Assembly: GCF_001194135.2 (NCBI RefSeq)
Contig: NC_068994.1
Span: forward strand, 27,266,780 to 27,330,779
Reading direction: 5' to 3'
Source of the DNA: Octopus bimaculoides
Taxonomy: Eukaryota
DNA: 64,000 nucleotides
Positions 1-12,369 of the stretch are shown here, in pieces. Position numbers and translations under genes: made by a program. Positions within the stretch are counted from its first letter, which is position 1. Each line of letters starts with the position of its first letter. The notes under the pieces were generated by a model that did no database searches, had not been told where the DNA came from, and saw only the letters and a program-made list of their open reading frames with translations.

Positions 1-212
1 AAAATACTGTCTATGTGATCTCAAATTTTAAAACAAACACATAATTTTCTTATGGTTTCTTAAACATTCTCTAGAACAACACTATGTACAAATTCAAATA
101 TATGGTACCCTAGGCATAACACCTACATGAACTTCTAACTTGTTGTCTCTTGAGGTCTCTGGGTGAGACTTGGATCCAACTTGTACAAATGCAAAGCAAA
201 AGTCAAACATAA

Positions 213-286
<74 letters not shown>
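213..286. repeat. (AAT)n microsatellite
   Basis: Uninterrupted aat triplets. They explain the poly-Ile pseudo-ORFs 135..335 and 163..429. Confidence 0.97.
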
Positions 287-290
<4 letters not shown>

Positions 291-519
291 CTGGATCGGG
301 TTGTCAATACTGTCCAGAGAATATACACTATGCACAGTGATGGCGGGTCAAGTGGGGCTATTAACAAGGCAATTGGTAACTATGGTACCAATAGGGACAA
401 CACAAATAAAAATATCGGCAACAACATAAATAAAAATAAAAATAAAGATAAAAACAAAAGTCCTTCACACAAACCCCAAACTAATTATATGGATAAGAAG
501 CATAGCAGACACAAAAACA

Positions 520-1800
520 AGAAAGGGAATAAACGTGACTTAATATGGTATAACCCACCCTTCGATTATATAATAGATACTAATATATGTGGAACATTAT
601 TTAGCACACTAAAACGCGATTTCTCTCCTTCACACAAATATTACCGTTTATTCTCCCGTAGAAACGTTAGGGTCTCCTACTCAACCCTTCCCAATCTAGG
701 TACAATTATAACTTGCCTGAATAATAAATACATAATAATAATACCCCTAACAACGCCGCTCCTAATAAAAATTGCAATAAGAATAACAATATTAATAATA
801 TTAATATTCCTCCTATCACTACTATCTCAACCGACACTAATACCTACACACCAATATCATCAGCGAGTAAGTTCTGCCAAATAATATATATTATAATATT
901 GGCATCAGTCAGCCTGCCACTACAAGGGATAGCAGCAGTAGAAACTTTGCCACAACATCTAATGGTGGCAGGGGTACTGACTCCACTCGTTTAAGCTCAC
1001 AAACCACCCCCTACAACCCTAACACTCTTTTCATTAGCTGTAAGGACCGCTCACCCACTTCTGTTCACGCTGTCAATATGCTCAGCGTACAGTAAACTTG
1101 CGCTGAAAATTTTTCCGTTATACCGTCCACCATCGACCCTCTAGTGTCACTATCTGAAAGTCAAATCTCTTACGACAATGCTCAATACCCACATTCTTCG
1201 GTCCTAGGCTCGGAAACTAATTATAATAGTAATGATCCTAGTAATATAAACCCCGGTAACAACCATGCAAACTCCGGTAACTCTCGCGTGCTTGAACTAT
1301 TACGCCATAATAACGTAGGATCACGTACCCGTAATAATAAACTTCATGTCCTAGAAAATATTGGGTGCAGTTGCTCAGAAAAAATGTCATGTCCACTTTC
1401 TGGTCGATGTCTAGCAGTAAATGCGGTTTACAAATATAATGTTGCGACGAAGACCAATACTTACACTTATATCGGCTGCTCCGTAAATCTTTAGCAACGC
1501 TTACGTAACCACTATTCTTCCTTTAAATTAAGACATAGGGCAGGCAGGACTTCTCTAGCCACGAAGATTTGGGGACTCAAGGACGACAATGTTAAATTTG
1601 ATTTAAGTTGGAACATCATTAGAGTCACTAAACCGTATTCAAACAGCAGATACGGGTACAATCTTTGCTGCATGGAGCTGTTTGAAAGTTTAAAGAGATC
1701 AAGCAGTGAAAATTTAATAGATAATTAACTAAACCTTCGTCTTTCTTGTATACATAAGGCTACCCGTACCTTTAAATATTTTAAGGACATTAAACAACCT
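520..1800 (+). mobile_element. Penelope-like retroelement 3' fragment (RT-EN linker + GIY-YIG endonuclease), disrupted
   Basis: The motif LIWYNPPF...FSRRNVRVSYSTLPNL is typical of PLEs. It is followed by a CSC...CPLSGRCL knuckle, VYKY...YTYIGCS (GIY-YIG), then LRNHYSSF, TKIWGLKD and YNLCCMEL. Stops and frameshifts are present. Confidence 0.85.
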
Positions 1801-2293
1801 ATATAATAGCTCCTAACTTAGGGCCAATCTAATTTACTCCCTCTATTGTTGACGCAAAAGTCGACTGATCTGCTTAATTGTTTTGAATCCTAGTCACGTT
1901 CTTCTTTACCATTACTTCTTAACTATTCTTACTATACTTGCATGGTATGCTATATTGAAAGAACTAACCATTCTATTTGTGGTGTACACAGCATAACCGA
2001 TAACGAAAATATCTAACCTAGAAGTAGCAACCTGCACACTCTATCCAGTTCTTTTCCAATTCCACTAAGTAAGTAACCCTTATACCTAGATACATTTATT
2101 TGTGCTGCGCATGTTAAATAATAGATAGAATACACTATTCAAACCTCTTACCCGCGACTATTGTCCGGAGCTGCATTACCTGATTCACACAATGATGATT
2201 ATTCTATCAAATTAAATAATGTCATTGCCACCTATGTGCACTAAGATAATTGTTGATTTACAGTCTTGATAAGGAAAGTTCGTTTGAGAGGAT

Positions 2294-3374
2294 TTAGCCG
2301 TTTATTTCCTGGCGGCCAAGGCATCTCTGGAGGTGGGTCTGGGTGTGTCTATACCAACGAACACAATTTTCTGGAGTGATAGCGTCGATGTTACATCTTG
2401 CGACCTGTTGTATGACATGTGCTCGCCATTCTTCCATGGTCATGCCGGCTTCTTTTGCAGCTACCCGGTCGCCAACCCTTTGCTGCAACTCAGCTCGAAC
2501 GAAGTCCCGCTTGACAGTCACCTTAAAGGCAGAATACTCCATTTCCGTACAATTAAGAAACAGTGAGTAGGGAGGGAGGCAGAAGTTTCAGACTGATTCG
2601 TGGGTCGGCGTCAGCTGGGAGCTCGACTCGAACATGTGACTGCGCGTTGTCGTAGATCAAGTAGATGGATTAATCCGCTGGGAATATGTCGGCACATGCT
2701 CGAACTGTTTCCGCCAAGAACTCTTCGAAAGAGTTTCGTGTAACGGTATCCTTCGCAATGGAGTGGTGAACCAGGTCGATTTCTCTCAACGCTGCGAAAG
2801 TGACGTTGCAGTTTTTCCCACACTGACGGTTGACAACTCAGCGAACAGGGATGCCTCGAGGGACTAATCTAAAAGACTGCCTGGTCCAAATGTTGTACCC
2901 ATATTCATCAATATGGCCAACGACTCCCTCTTCCATGAACCAATGTGCGTACTCATAACACTTTTCCAGAGTTCTTGGGGGCATTGTTTGCATGTGGGAC
3001 GTCTTCGGCCAACTTCATAGTTATCAATATCCCATCCAGAGCCCGTGAGATTGCAGACACGGAAACGGGCTGCTTTCCGGGCAATGCTGCCTCTAAGTCT
3101 CTCGTCATCTGTTGAAGAGTTGCGAGTGGGTTGGTATCACTAATCACCTGAAATCTGCTTTACATTTCCTTATCACCTCCTGGTCACCTCCTCTGGGCAG
3201 CTTTTAGCGCCTCTCAGACCGTAGGTAGGGCGCTACTATGGATCGGGCATTACTCCTTTTAATGCCAAATGTGTCTGCCAGTTTCAGGTAATCGGTTTGA
3301 TGCTCCTCGAAGGCGTCAACCAGCCTTGCTCTATCTTTGTCCGATATACGCATGTACTTTACGCGTGGCTCCAT
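2294..3374 (-). pseudogene. IS630/Tc1-like (ITm) DDE transposase pseudogene
   Basis: Begins MEPRVKYMRISDKDRARLVDAFEE..., then KLPRGG. Catalytic motifs are IDEYGYNIWTR, YDNAQSH and LPPYSLFLNCTE (after removing a 4-bp ctcc duplication; about DD33E). Stops and frameshifts are present and no TIR pair was found. Confidence 0.8.
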
Positions 3375-4638
3375 GATTACAAGTTTATGTAAGAGAAAGG
3401 GATATAAAATGCAACTGATACCGACCGGTTACGAATGTTGCAATGAAAAAGAATTTTGTGGAAAGAATCACGTGATCTATTTCCTCTTTGTAGTTATAAC
3501 AACATAATAAAATTTGCATGGCAAAACATGTCATTTAAATTTGTCATTTTTAACATTCACTTCTTAGAATGTGAATAAAAACACACATGTAAAATTAGTG
3601 CTAAACTGAATAAACTTATTCCGAACTCGAATGCTCACGTGCGAATTTGAATGCTCGAAAAGACGCTTCCTCACATTCCGATTAATTTGAATGCTCTCGA
3701 CGGACATTTTAATTTGAATGATGTAAATGCTAAATTCTTTGACCGAAGTGCGAAATTTAATGATCGAGAAAACGAATTTGAATGACTAATTTCATGGCGC
3801 TAATCTTTTTTCGCAAATTTGAATGACCCGATTGAATGACAAACGTACGAAAATGGTTGCAAAAATCTATATTACAAGCGGTGTCCACTATCCCATATAA
3901 TATATTCGTATCTAAAACAACACCCTACATCTTTCCACTTTACCAGATAAATCAATCGCGCATAGCACTACAATTCCCTTAACAGTTAGAACTTATCGTT
4001 CGATTGCCTTCGTACCCGCCCCAACACTCAACCTATATCCACAGAATACCCCTAAATTCTATGCATCTCTGCCCCCCTCTCTTTGTTCTTTAGCTTTAGG
4101 TAGTTAATCCTAAACCTCGATCCTATGCTTAACTGGCTTTTATGCATTTATATTTCTTCACTTTTTCTTTTTGCTTTCTTTATTCTTTATTCTTTATCCT
4201 TACTTATCTTGGGTCCTCTCCCAGCCACACACTTCTAGTATAATAAAATATCACCTAACCCCACTCTAGCCTACCAAAGAACCAGTCTAGCAGACTCCTA
4301 TCTCACCCGGGTTGCTGTCCCTAAATATCATTACACTCTTTCACAAACTATATTGTTAACCTAACCGCACTCCCTAATGCCCACGACGGTCAACTTTGTT
4401 GGTCATTCTCCCATTTTATAGTTAGCCTCGACAGACTTCAGCCACGTCCCTACTGTAATCTTGGAATATTCTTTTGTTTGTAAAATTACGTTTCATTAGA
4501 TGACTACGGTTTTTGTAGTGCAGTAATGTTCTCATTCTTCTATTTAAAAAATGCGTAAGAAACAGCTGTAATGAGCTGACAATTATCCATGGACTGTTAT
4601 TATGCATTGTGTGTGTGTGTGTGTGTATAAGGTGCACT

Positions 4639-4674
<36 letters not shown>

Positions 4675-4683
<9 letters not shown>

Positions 4684-5005
4684 GCACGTCGTCGGTTACG
4701 ACGACGAGGGTCCCAACTGATGTGATCAATGGAACAGCTTGCTCGTGAGATTAGCGTGCAAGTGGCTGAGCACTCCATGGACACGCGTACCCCTTCACAT
4801 ACTTCTGAGGGAGATTCAGTGTAACACAAGATGTGACAAAGCTGGCCCCTTGAAATATAGGTACTACTCATTTTTGCCAGCTGAATACACTGGAACACCG
4901 TGAAATAAAGTGTCTTGCTCAAGGACACAATGCGCCGCCGGGAATTGAACTCGCGACCCTACGATCGCGAGCCGAATACCCTAGCCCCTAAGCCACGCGC
5001 CTTCA
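4675..5005 (-). mobile_element. tRNA-derived SINE, full length
   Basis: Minus strand reads tgaaggcgcgtggcttagg (A-box-like), gagttcaattcc (B-box), then gtgtccttgagcaagacac; the tail ends in (TA)n. Confidence 0.85.
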
Positions 5006-5112
5006 TGGCTTAGTGGTTAAGTTGTTGCACTCACGATTGCGAAATCGTGGGTTCGAATCCCAAACCGGGCGATGTGTTCTTGAGCAAAGCACTTCATTTC
5101 ACGTTGCTCTGC
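5006..5112 (+). mobile_element. tRNA-derived SINE head fragment, head-to-head with the previous SINE
   Basis: tggcttagtgg A-box, gggttcgaatcc B-box, then gtgttcttgagcaaagcac. Confidence 0.8.
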
Positions 5113-5124
5113 GAAAAACATTCC

Positions 5125-5330
5125 GTCGTTCATAGGCAAGGATGTATTTCCCCCAAGAAACCCCGATCTCAACCCGTTGGATCTTTTTGTTTGGTCCATT
5201 TAGGAGACGATGAGCTCGACGCTCTGAAGGCAAAACTGCACCAGATCATTTCGACATCTGACATGTAGCACCCGTTACACCTCTGGTCGGAAGATGTGTC
5301 AGGTCCTGAAATTCATCGGAGGCGTTTAGC
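5125..5330 (+). mobile_element. maT/Tc1-like transposase C-terminal remnant
   Basis: Translates ...FPPRNPDLNPLDLFVWS..., resembling WPP.SPDLNPLD. Confidence 0.6.
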
Positions 5331-5349
5331 ATAATACGGAGAGACAGTG

Positions 5350-5620
5350 AGTGCACTACCGCGTAGAAGTGTGTATGAGTGAATCAAGAAGTTTAAGTGA
5401 CTGGACAAGCGTGACGTACGAAGAGGGAGCAGAACGCCCGTCAACCTCCACCACTGATGAGAAGATTCAGCAAATTCGAGTGATGGTAATGGTGAACCGG
5501 TTCACCATTATCAGCTCTCGGATTACTGCTTTTTGTTCTTCATTGGTGCACATTGCTAGTGGAGCGGCCATGCTTACACTGTAAAGCCAGAAAGAAAAAT
5601 GGTGCGATCAGGTTCAAACA
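5350..5620 (+). mobile_element. mariner transposase N-terminal remnant
   Basis: Translates ...TSVTYEE.A.RPSTSTTDEKIQQIRVMVMVNR, the mariner HTH region. Confidence 0.6.
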
Positions 5621-5729
5621 TTGATCACCTGACCTCAGTAATACCAACTATAGGCACGCATGCGCAGATGGCAGTGTGACAATAATAAAGATGTTATGGC
5701 GAAAGTGTGGATAATTTTTGACTTGCCCG

Positions 5730-5781
<52 letters not shown>

Positions 5782-6486
5782 NNNNNNNNNNNNNNNNNNN
5801 NNNNNNNNNNNNNNNNNNNNNNNNNNNNNNNNNNNNNNNNNNNNNNNNNNNNNNNNNNNNNNNNNNNNNNNNNNNNNNNNNNNACATATATATATATATA
5901 TATATATGTTTGTATGTATGTATGTATGTATGTATGTATGTATGTATGTATGTATGTGTATGTATGTATGTATGTATGTATGTATGTATGTATGTATGTA
6001 TGTATGTGTAGATACATACATGCACAGATGATATAGGGAGAGATGGGGTATATAACTAGATAGCTAGATATAGATAGACAGATAGAAATGCTTATAAATA
6101 TAGAGCAGGTATTGGACAAGAAAAGCGACAAGTGGTCTTTTCTTCGCAGACCCCACGTAAGTACATTGTGATGCATAACATGTTCTGGTGTTCTCTAAAG
6201 GTTTTTGGAGATGTGAGCGTCGAAGGTCATGTTATGTCACTTAACTTCCTCTCATAGAGCCCTCCGGTCTATACAGTCATCAAGGTACAGGATATTATGA
6301 GCAAGCATTAGATCGACAATTAATGCTTCAGTGCTCATATGGCCCCAGACTCTAGTCCTTCCTATATGGCCCTCGCGACTCAAGAGTTGCTGTTTGAAAA
6401 TGTTTAAGTTAACGTGAATTTTAATACGTGACCTTGTAGCTCTTCTAATTTGAACTCCTTGACCATTACGTCTGGCGTCACCGAGG

Positions 6487-6564
<78 letters not shown>

Positions 6565-7476
6565 CCAACCAGTGGTTACATAATACCAAAGAGTTATTAA
6601 AAGTTGTCATCGAGGACACATACACTTACTTGCATATATAGAGAGACTGACAGAGAAAGGCATTATTTAACATACCTGCTTTAACCGTCTCCACTTCGCT
6701 CTTCTGTTCTGAAACCATGTCTTCACCTAAATAAACAAACAATGAATGAATAAAAGAGATATTTTGGAATTTCTTAAGGAAGGTTACAAGACTTCAGATG
6801 TTGGAAAGGCCAGAGAATAGAAATGGAACCTGTGAACGTAACCTTCCCATGTCGGGAGCTTATCTGCTTTTGTAAAGCATTATTAAAAAATAGCGGGACC
6901 CGTGAATATTTCACGGAATTAATGGTAAAATTATTGGGTTATTTCTGAAAACTTTATCCAAAAAACCTGAAAGCGTAGCCTATGTCTGTATGGAAAGATA
7001 GTCGCTCATCTGCTACTCATTGAAAAGTGAAAGAAATTGGAATACACTTTATCTATACACTTTATATACTTTATGCATAATTTTATAGACTCAATACACA
7101 GCACTCATAAAATAAATATTCACTCATATTTTTCCATTTTTCACATAAACAAACGAAAAAAATATCCTGTACATATGATACAACCTTTAGTTAAATTGCA
7201 TACAACAGAAATAAGCGTGAATATTTCACGGAATTGCATTTATGAGCATGCGTTAAGGTGGTCTAAAAAATTAGTCGAATTAAAAAAATACACTTTTCAA
7301 TATCAAATCACAACCGCTACATCCACCACCACCACCATGATTACGCGTGTATATATTGAAACCTATTTTGTATTAAATCTAATTTTAATTCAACATCTTT
7401 TTCTCCTCCATTTTTCTATAATTGTTTATGGTATATTTATACGTATAACAATATTTTTCAACTACGCACACACGCG

Positions 7477-7524
<48 letters not shown>

Positions 7525-7988
7525 CANNNNNNNNNNNNNNNNNNNNNNNNNNNNNNNNNNNNNNNNNNNNNNNNNNNNNNNNNNNNNNNNNNNNNNNNNN
7601 NNNNNNNNNNNNNNNNNNNNNNNNNNNNNNNNNNNNNNNNNNNNNNNNNNNNNNNNNNNNNNNNNNNNNNNNNNNNNNNNNNNNNNNNNNNNNNNNNNNN
7701 NNNNNNNNNNNNNNNNNNNNNNNNNNNNNNNNNNNNNNNNNNNNNNNNNNNNNNNNNNNNNNNNNNNNNNNNNNNNNNNNNNNNNNNNNNNNNNNNNNNN
7801 NNNNNNNNNNNNNNNNNNNNNNNNNNNNNNNNNNNNNNNNNNNNNNNNNNNNNNNNNNNNNNNNNNNNNNNNNNNNNNNNNNNNNNNNNNNNNNNNNNNN
7901 NNNNNNNNNNNNNNNNNNNNNNNNNNNNNNNNNNNNNNNNNNNNNNNNNNNNNNNNNNNNNNNNNNNNNNNNNNNNNATATATATATA

Positions 7989-8803
7989 CGAGGTTTGATC
8001 AATAAGTATCCGGCCTGTTACCATAGTAACATGGAGTAAAGCCGTTTGGCAAAGATTAACCTCGAACTTTTGCTGTACATGTGCACTAAGTCTTAAGGTC
8101 CTAGCTTACTTCCGCTGTTTAGAGCAGTGCTTGGAAAGAAGGTATGTAGCATGTGATTGTTGCATTGGCCATGACAATGAAAGTTGTCATGGCGATACCT
8201 GTTCAGAGGCCTAAATAAAGTTGCAGAAAGTGTACGGAGAGGAGTGTATATGCCAGACACAAGTATACGAGTGGTTCAGACGTTTCCAAGAAAAATATCG
8301 ATAGTGAGAAAAACATCGCAGATGTGCGTGCAGCTGTGAGGGGAATCGTCAAATCACCTTCCGTAAGTTATCAGAGATTGTGCAGATTAGTTACGGTTCA
8401 GTTCAGTTCACTATCATTGAAGATTTTGGTGTTAGACGCGTGTCTGCCAAGTTTGTGCCAAAACTGCTTTCAGCTGATCAAAAAGACACTCGGGCTTCAG
8501 TTGCACAAGATCTCCTTGATTGTGTCGAGAACAGTGAAAACGTTTTGAAAACTTTGCATGGGGCTCTAAGCATGCATCGTCAAGCTTTTGGCAAAATTTG
8601 TTGCAGATTCTCTGACATGGTCAATGCGACGATCACACGCTACAGACTTTCCTTCCAAGCACTGCTGTAAATAGTGGAAGTGATCTAGAACGTTAAAACG
8701 TAGTGCACATGTATAAGCAGCGTTCTCAAAGTCAGCGGCTTCACTCTACGTGCATTAGCTTCGTCACTATAGCAACAGCTCGGATACTTATTGATCAGAC
8801 CAC

Positions 8804-8804
<1 letters not shown>
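7989..8804 (+). mobile_element. Internally deleted mariner element with both TIRs
   Basis: Left end cgaggtttgatcaataagtatccg and right end cggatacttattgatcagaccacg form an inverted pair flanked by TA. The interior encodes QVYEWFRRFQE and RRVSAKFVPKLLSADQK. Confidence 0.88.
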
Positions 8805-8850
<46 letters not shown>

Positions 8851-8855
<5 letters not shown>

Positions 8856-9469
8856 TCTAGCAGGTAGATGCTCATTAAGCATCATTACGATATTTCATAG
8901 CTCGATAAAGCTATCATAACTGCGTTCCACCAATGCTACTACTGGTGATATCATCAAATTTTGAATTTATCCACAGATGATATGAACAGTAGTGACATCT
9001 AACTAAAAAACTCAGTGTTTGAATATTTCATTTAAATATTTTTGCGCACCATGTGTTCTGATTTTGGCGCAAAACAAAACCAGTTGCACAGTCATGAATT
9101 TAAACTGGTGGTCCACACTGACGAAGCTCAAGGTTGAATAACCAAAAGCAGGAACCTGGTTTGTGGATATCCGTAATTACATAATATTTTTATTTGTGTT
9201 GTTAAATGTTTTAATTCGGTCTGTTTTCCTCGCATACTGTTTTTCTCTGTTATATTGGTGCGCTACGGTGGATTATTTAAGACTTGGCTCTTATTTCTAG
9301 CAGGTAGATGCTCATTAATCATCATTACGATATTTCATAGCTCGATAAAGCTATCATAACTGTGTTCCACCAATGCTACTACTGGTGATATCATCAAATT
9401 TTGAATTTATCCACAGATGATATGAACAGTAGTGACATCTAACTTCAAATCTCAGTGTTTGAATATTTC

Positions 9470-9474
<5 letters not shown>
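8851..9474 (+). mobile_element. 440-bp monomer with ~184-bp terminal direct repeat and a decayed hammerhead (retrozyme/PLE-pLTR-like)
   Basis: 8851-9034 is repeated at 9291-9474 with about 5 differences. The unit is flanked by (TA)n on both sides and carries a hammerhead-like motif at 9112-9167. Confidence 0.7.
9112..9167 (+). ncRNA. Degenerate type I hammerhead ribozyme
   Basis: Stem I tccaca/tgtgga, core CTGACGA, stem II gct..ggtt-gaat-aacc..agc. GAAA is replaced by GGAA. Stem III is minimal (acctggt) with a GUU cleavage triplet. Confidence 0.6.
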
Positions 9475-9508
<34 letters not shown>

Positions 9509-9598
9509 TATGTAAATATAAATATGTATGCATGTGTGTGTGTATGTACATACACACATCTTTTTATCTATTATCGTTGATGGTACGCGATGCTCTCT

Positions 9599-9599
<1 letters not shown>

Positions 9600-9646
<47 letters not shown>

Positions 9647-9653
9647 AACAACA

Positions 9654-9711
<58 letters not shown>

Positions 9712-9735
9712 ATAATAATAATAATAATAATGATA
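9600..9735. repeat. (TAC)n/(AAT)n compound microsatellite
   Basis: Direct inspection. Confidence 0.95.
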
Positions 9736-12350
9736 ATAATTTCATATTTCTTTTATTTACCACCAGAGCGACCGATAAGGGGAACAATACAAAGATAGAC
9801 ATAAAGTGTAGGTGTTTACACAGAATGGAATGAAATGATTAAAAAATGTAAAAAGTATACACGCTATATAATGAAAAGAAAAAAGAAGTATACATTGTAT
9901 ACATCAGTAAGAATGTAAGGGCAATACTAATGTCGTTTTCATAATACTGGAGGACCTTTAGGGACAATCGAAGAACTCCATCGTCCAATATCTCCAATTC
10001 CTGTCCTCCAACTCATTTTTGCAATTCTCACCCACGTTTCTAGGACAATAATTCCTTCTCCACTCCTACGAAAGAGAAATATCTCTATCTTCATACCTTT
10101 CAGCCTCGACCACCTGGCAACCACTTTCGCAATCGTCACCAGACAAAGGAAAACTGCATTACCTTCCCCATTAATGGAAAGTAACGGGGAAATCATCGCT
10201 AAGGACTCGGCCAATAAACGGATCAGTGCCACATGCGTTAGTAGCTGTTCAACATAATTCCACAAGTCAGCAATGCTCGGACATTGAACGAGTGCGTGCA
10301 GAACGGATTCGTCGCTCTGCGCGCACCTCGGAGGAACTTGTCTTCTAGAAGATCTGTGCCTGTAGAGTTTATCTCGAACCCGTAGCGATCCTCAGTAGCA
10401 CTGCCAGGCTAAGAACTTCCGGGAATTATCCATAGTAGTCCTGACCCGAAAGTCCGTCGAAACAGATTAGCCTGATCGTTTTTCATCGACGCCTAGAGTC
10501 TCTACGAGAATGTAGTTGCACTTCCCTGCCACTAATCCTCTCTATATTGCTAAAGTGGAACATCCACCGATCTTATTGCCCGACTGGTAGAGGAAGGTGA
10601 TACTCAAGATGCAAGGCTCCCAGTCTCAGTCTTTCCTACACCTAGGGCTGCAGCTCTGACAAGGAGAGGGACTGCAGAAAGACGTGTCTCATGAACGGAG
10701 CCCAAAACGTTCGCCGTCTAGGAATTGCTGCACGTGACGCAATCTCAGTGCGTGATAGTGAACCAGTAGCCACAGCATACCTATGTCACCACGCAGAGGT
10801 ATGCTGGCAGCAGACTGACGTCTGACCATTGGAACGCATTCCTTCCTCAAGAAAATAAACAAGAGATTTTCCAAGCTGATGAAGTGGTAACCGAGGCAAG
10901 GAACGGGCGATGTAGGTTTTCTCCACCTCTACCCAACATTTTGGGGACAGCTTCCTCACTGCCCATTTCTGGGTATGACTAGCCAAACTGTTCGTCTCCT
11001 CGTCCCAGTCCTTGTCTACCTGGAGGTCGGGATCAAACCAGACTCCGAGCAGGTTAACTGATCCGTCAATACAGCGTCCAATGACATCATTCAACGACAC
11101 CGTCCGACGGCATCGATCTGCCTCTCCAGGCGCCCAACCGCAAGCCAGCCGACCTGTAAGAGTTTATTTTGTCTCCTACCTGTAACTCGTGTTTCTGTAG
11201 AATGGTGCCAACCGCCTTCACTTTGGAGACGTTCGACACCATGACCGTGGGGTCTTCTGCGTACGCCGACACTACCTCCATACCCCGTTCGAAAGGAATG
11301 CCCTTCAACTGTCTTAACATTCGAGAGCCAGAAAGTGGCGACAGCAGGCAGCCCTGGCAGACTGAGCATATGATGCGAGCAGGTACAACTAAACATTGCA
11401 GCGATCCCACCTCTAAAATTGGGTCTAAACCTGTCCAATTTCAAGACAATTTCCAAGTGGTGATGATCGACCCTATCGAATGCTTTCGATTGATTCCAAT
11501 TGATTGGATCCCCCCGCGGTAGTCACCTTTTGTCCCAGTTCTCTCTATGATGATGAAGGTTGTCGTGGATAGACCTGTTCGGTCTCTCAGACGTTTGCGT
11601 TTCTCTGACCATCGACGATTTGTGTAATCGCTCATCGCTTGCCGTATTTCAGCGGATGTTATCGGCCTTTCGTGGAACCGCATGTCTGCTGCCGAGAGCC
11701 GCGGTAGGCTCTTCAGGTACAAACTAAAGCCCTCTACCGAAGCCGACCCATCACTCTCCTCAAACAGCTGCGCAAAGTGCTGCTGGAAAGCCACACACAT
11801 CTGCTCGGAACTGACTAGCACGCACCTGCCCAACAAAGGCCTGTTTTGTTGCCCCGTCGCGTCTCTATCGTTCAGGACCTTCGGATGGCTTTAGATCCTC
11901 CATGTTCGTGCGCATAGGCCTTAGCTCTAAGAACGTAGCCTTCGTGTTTCGCCTCGAAGAAATTGTCAGTTGCCATTCTCGCCGTTAGCATGTCGGTCGT
12001 GATGTCTTTACTCATCTCTTCTTGACTATTTCTTCCTCTAATCTACTTCTTTCTATTGAATAAACTTTGCTAAATGTTGTCGACTCTGCTCTAGTCACCC
12101 ATTTCAGGACATCCACCGCCAGTTGACGACGATTGCTTCTATCAACTGTCCATTAGCTACTTCACTAATCCGGTCCCCGTATTTTTTACGAGCCAGTAAT
12201 GACGCATTCAACTTTAAGCAACCGAGTCCCTGTCTACGAGTCATATCTAATTCGACTGAGCAAATCGCAAATTTGTGGTCTGTGTAGCCGATCAGTTTGA
12301 AATGTAGAAATCCTATGCTGTCTGTTGTAGCGAGAGTCATTGACACCCCT
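9735..12350 (-). mobile_element. Tx1/L1-clade LINE ORF2 (APE C-terminus, RT, CCHC zinc finger, 3' UTR), disrupted
   Basis: End of APE: GYTDHK...LKLNASLL. RT motifs: CQGCLLSPL, VSAYAED and LLGVWFDPDL. C-terminal HALVQCP...LWNYVEQLL. The 3' UTR ends at an (ATT)n repeat. Confidence 0.85.
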
Positions 12351-12369
12351 GGGGGATAGGAAGAATGAA

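Noticed and set aside
4930-5075. tRNA genes
   Set aside because: A/B boxes are present but they run into SINE bodies and do not form a full cloverleaf.
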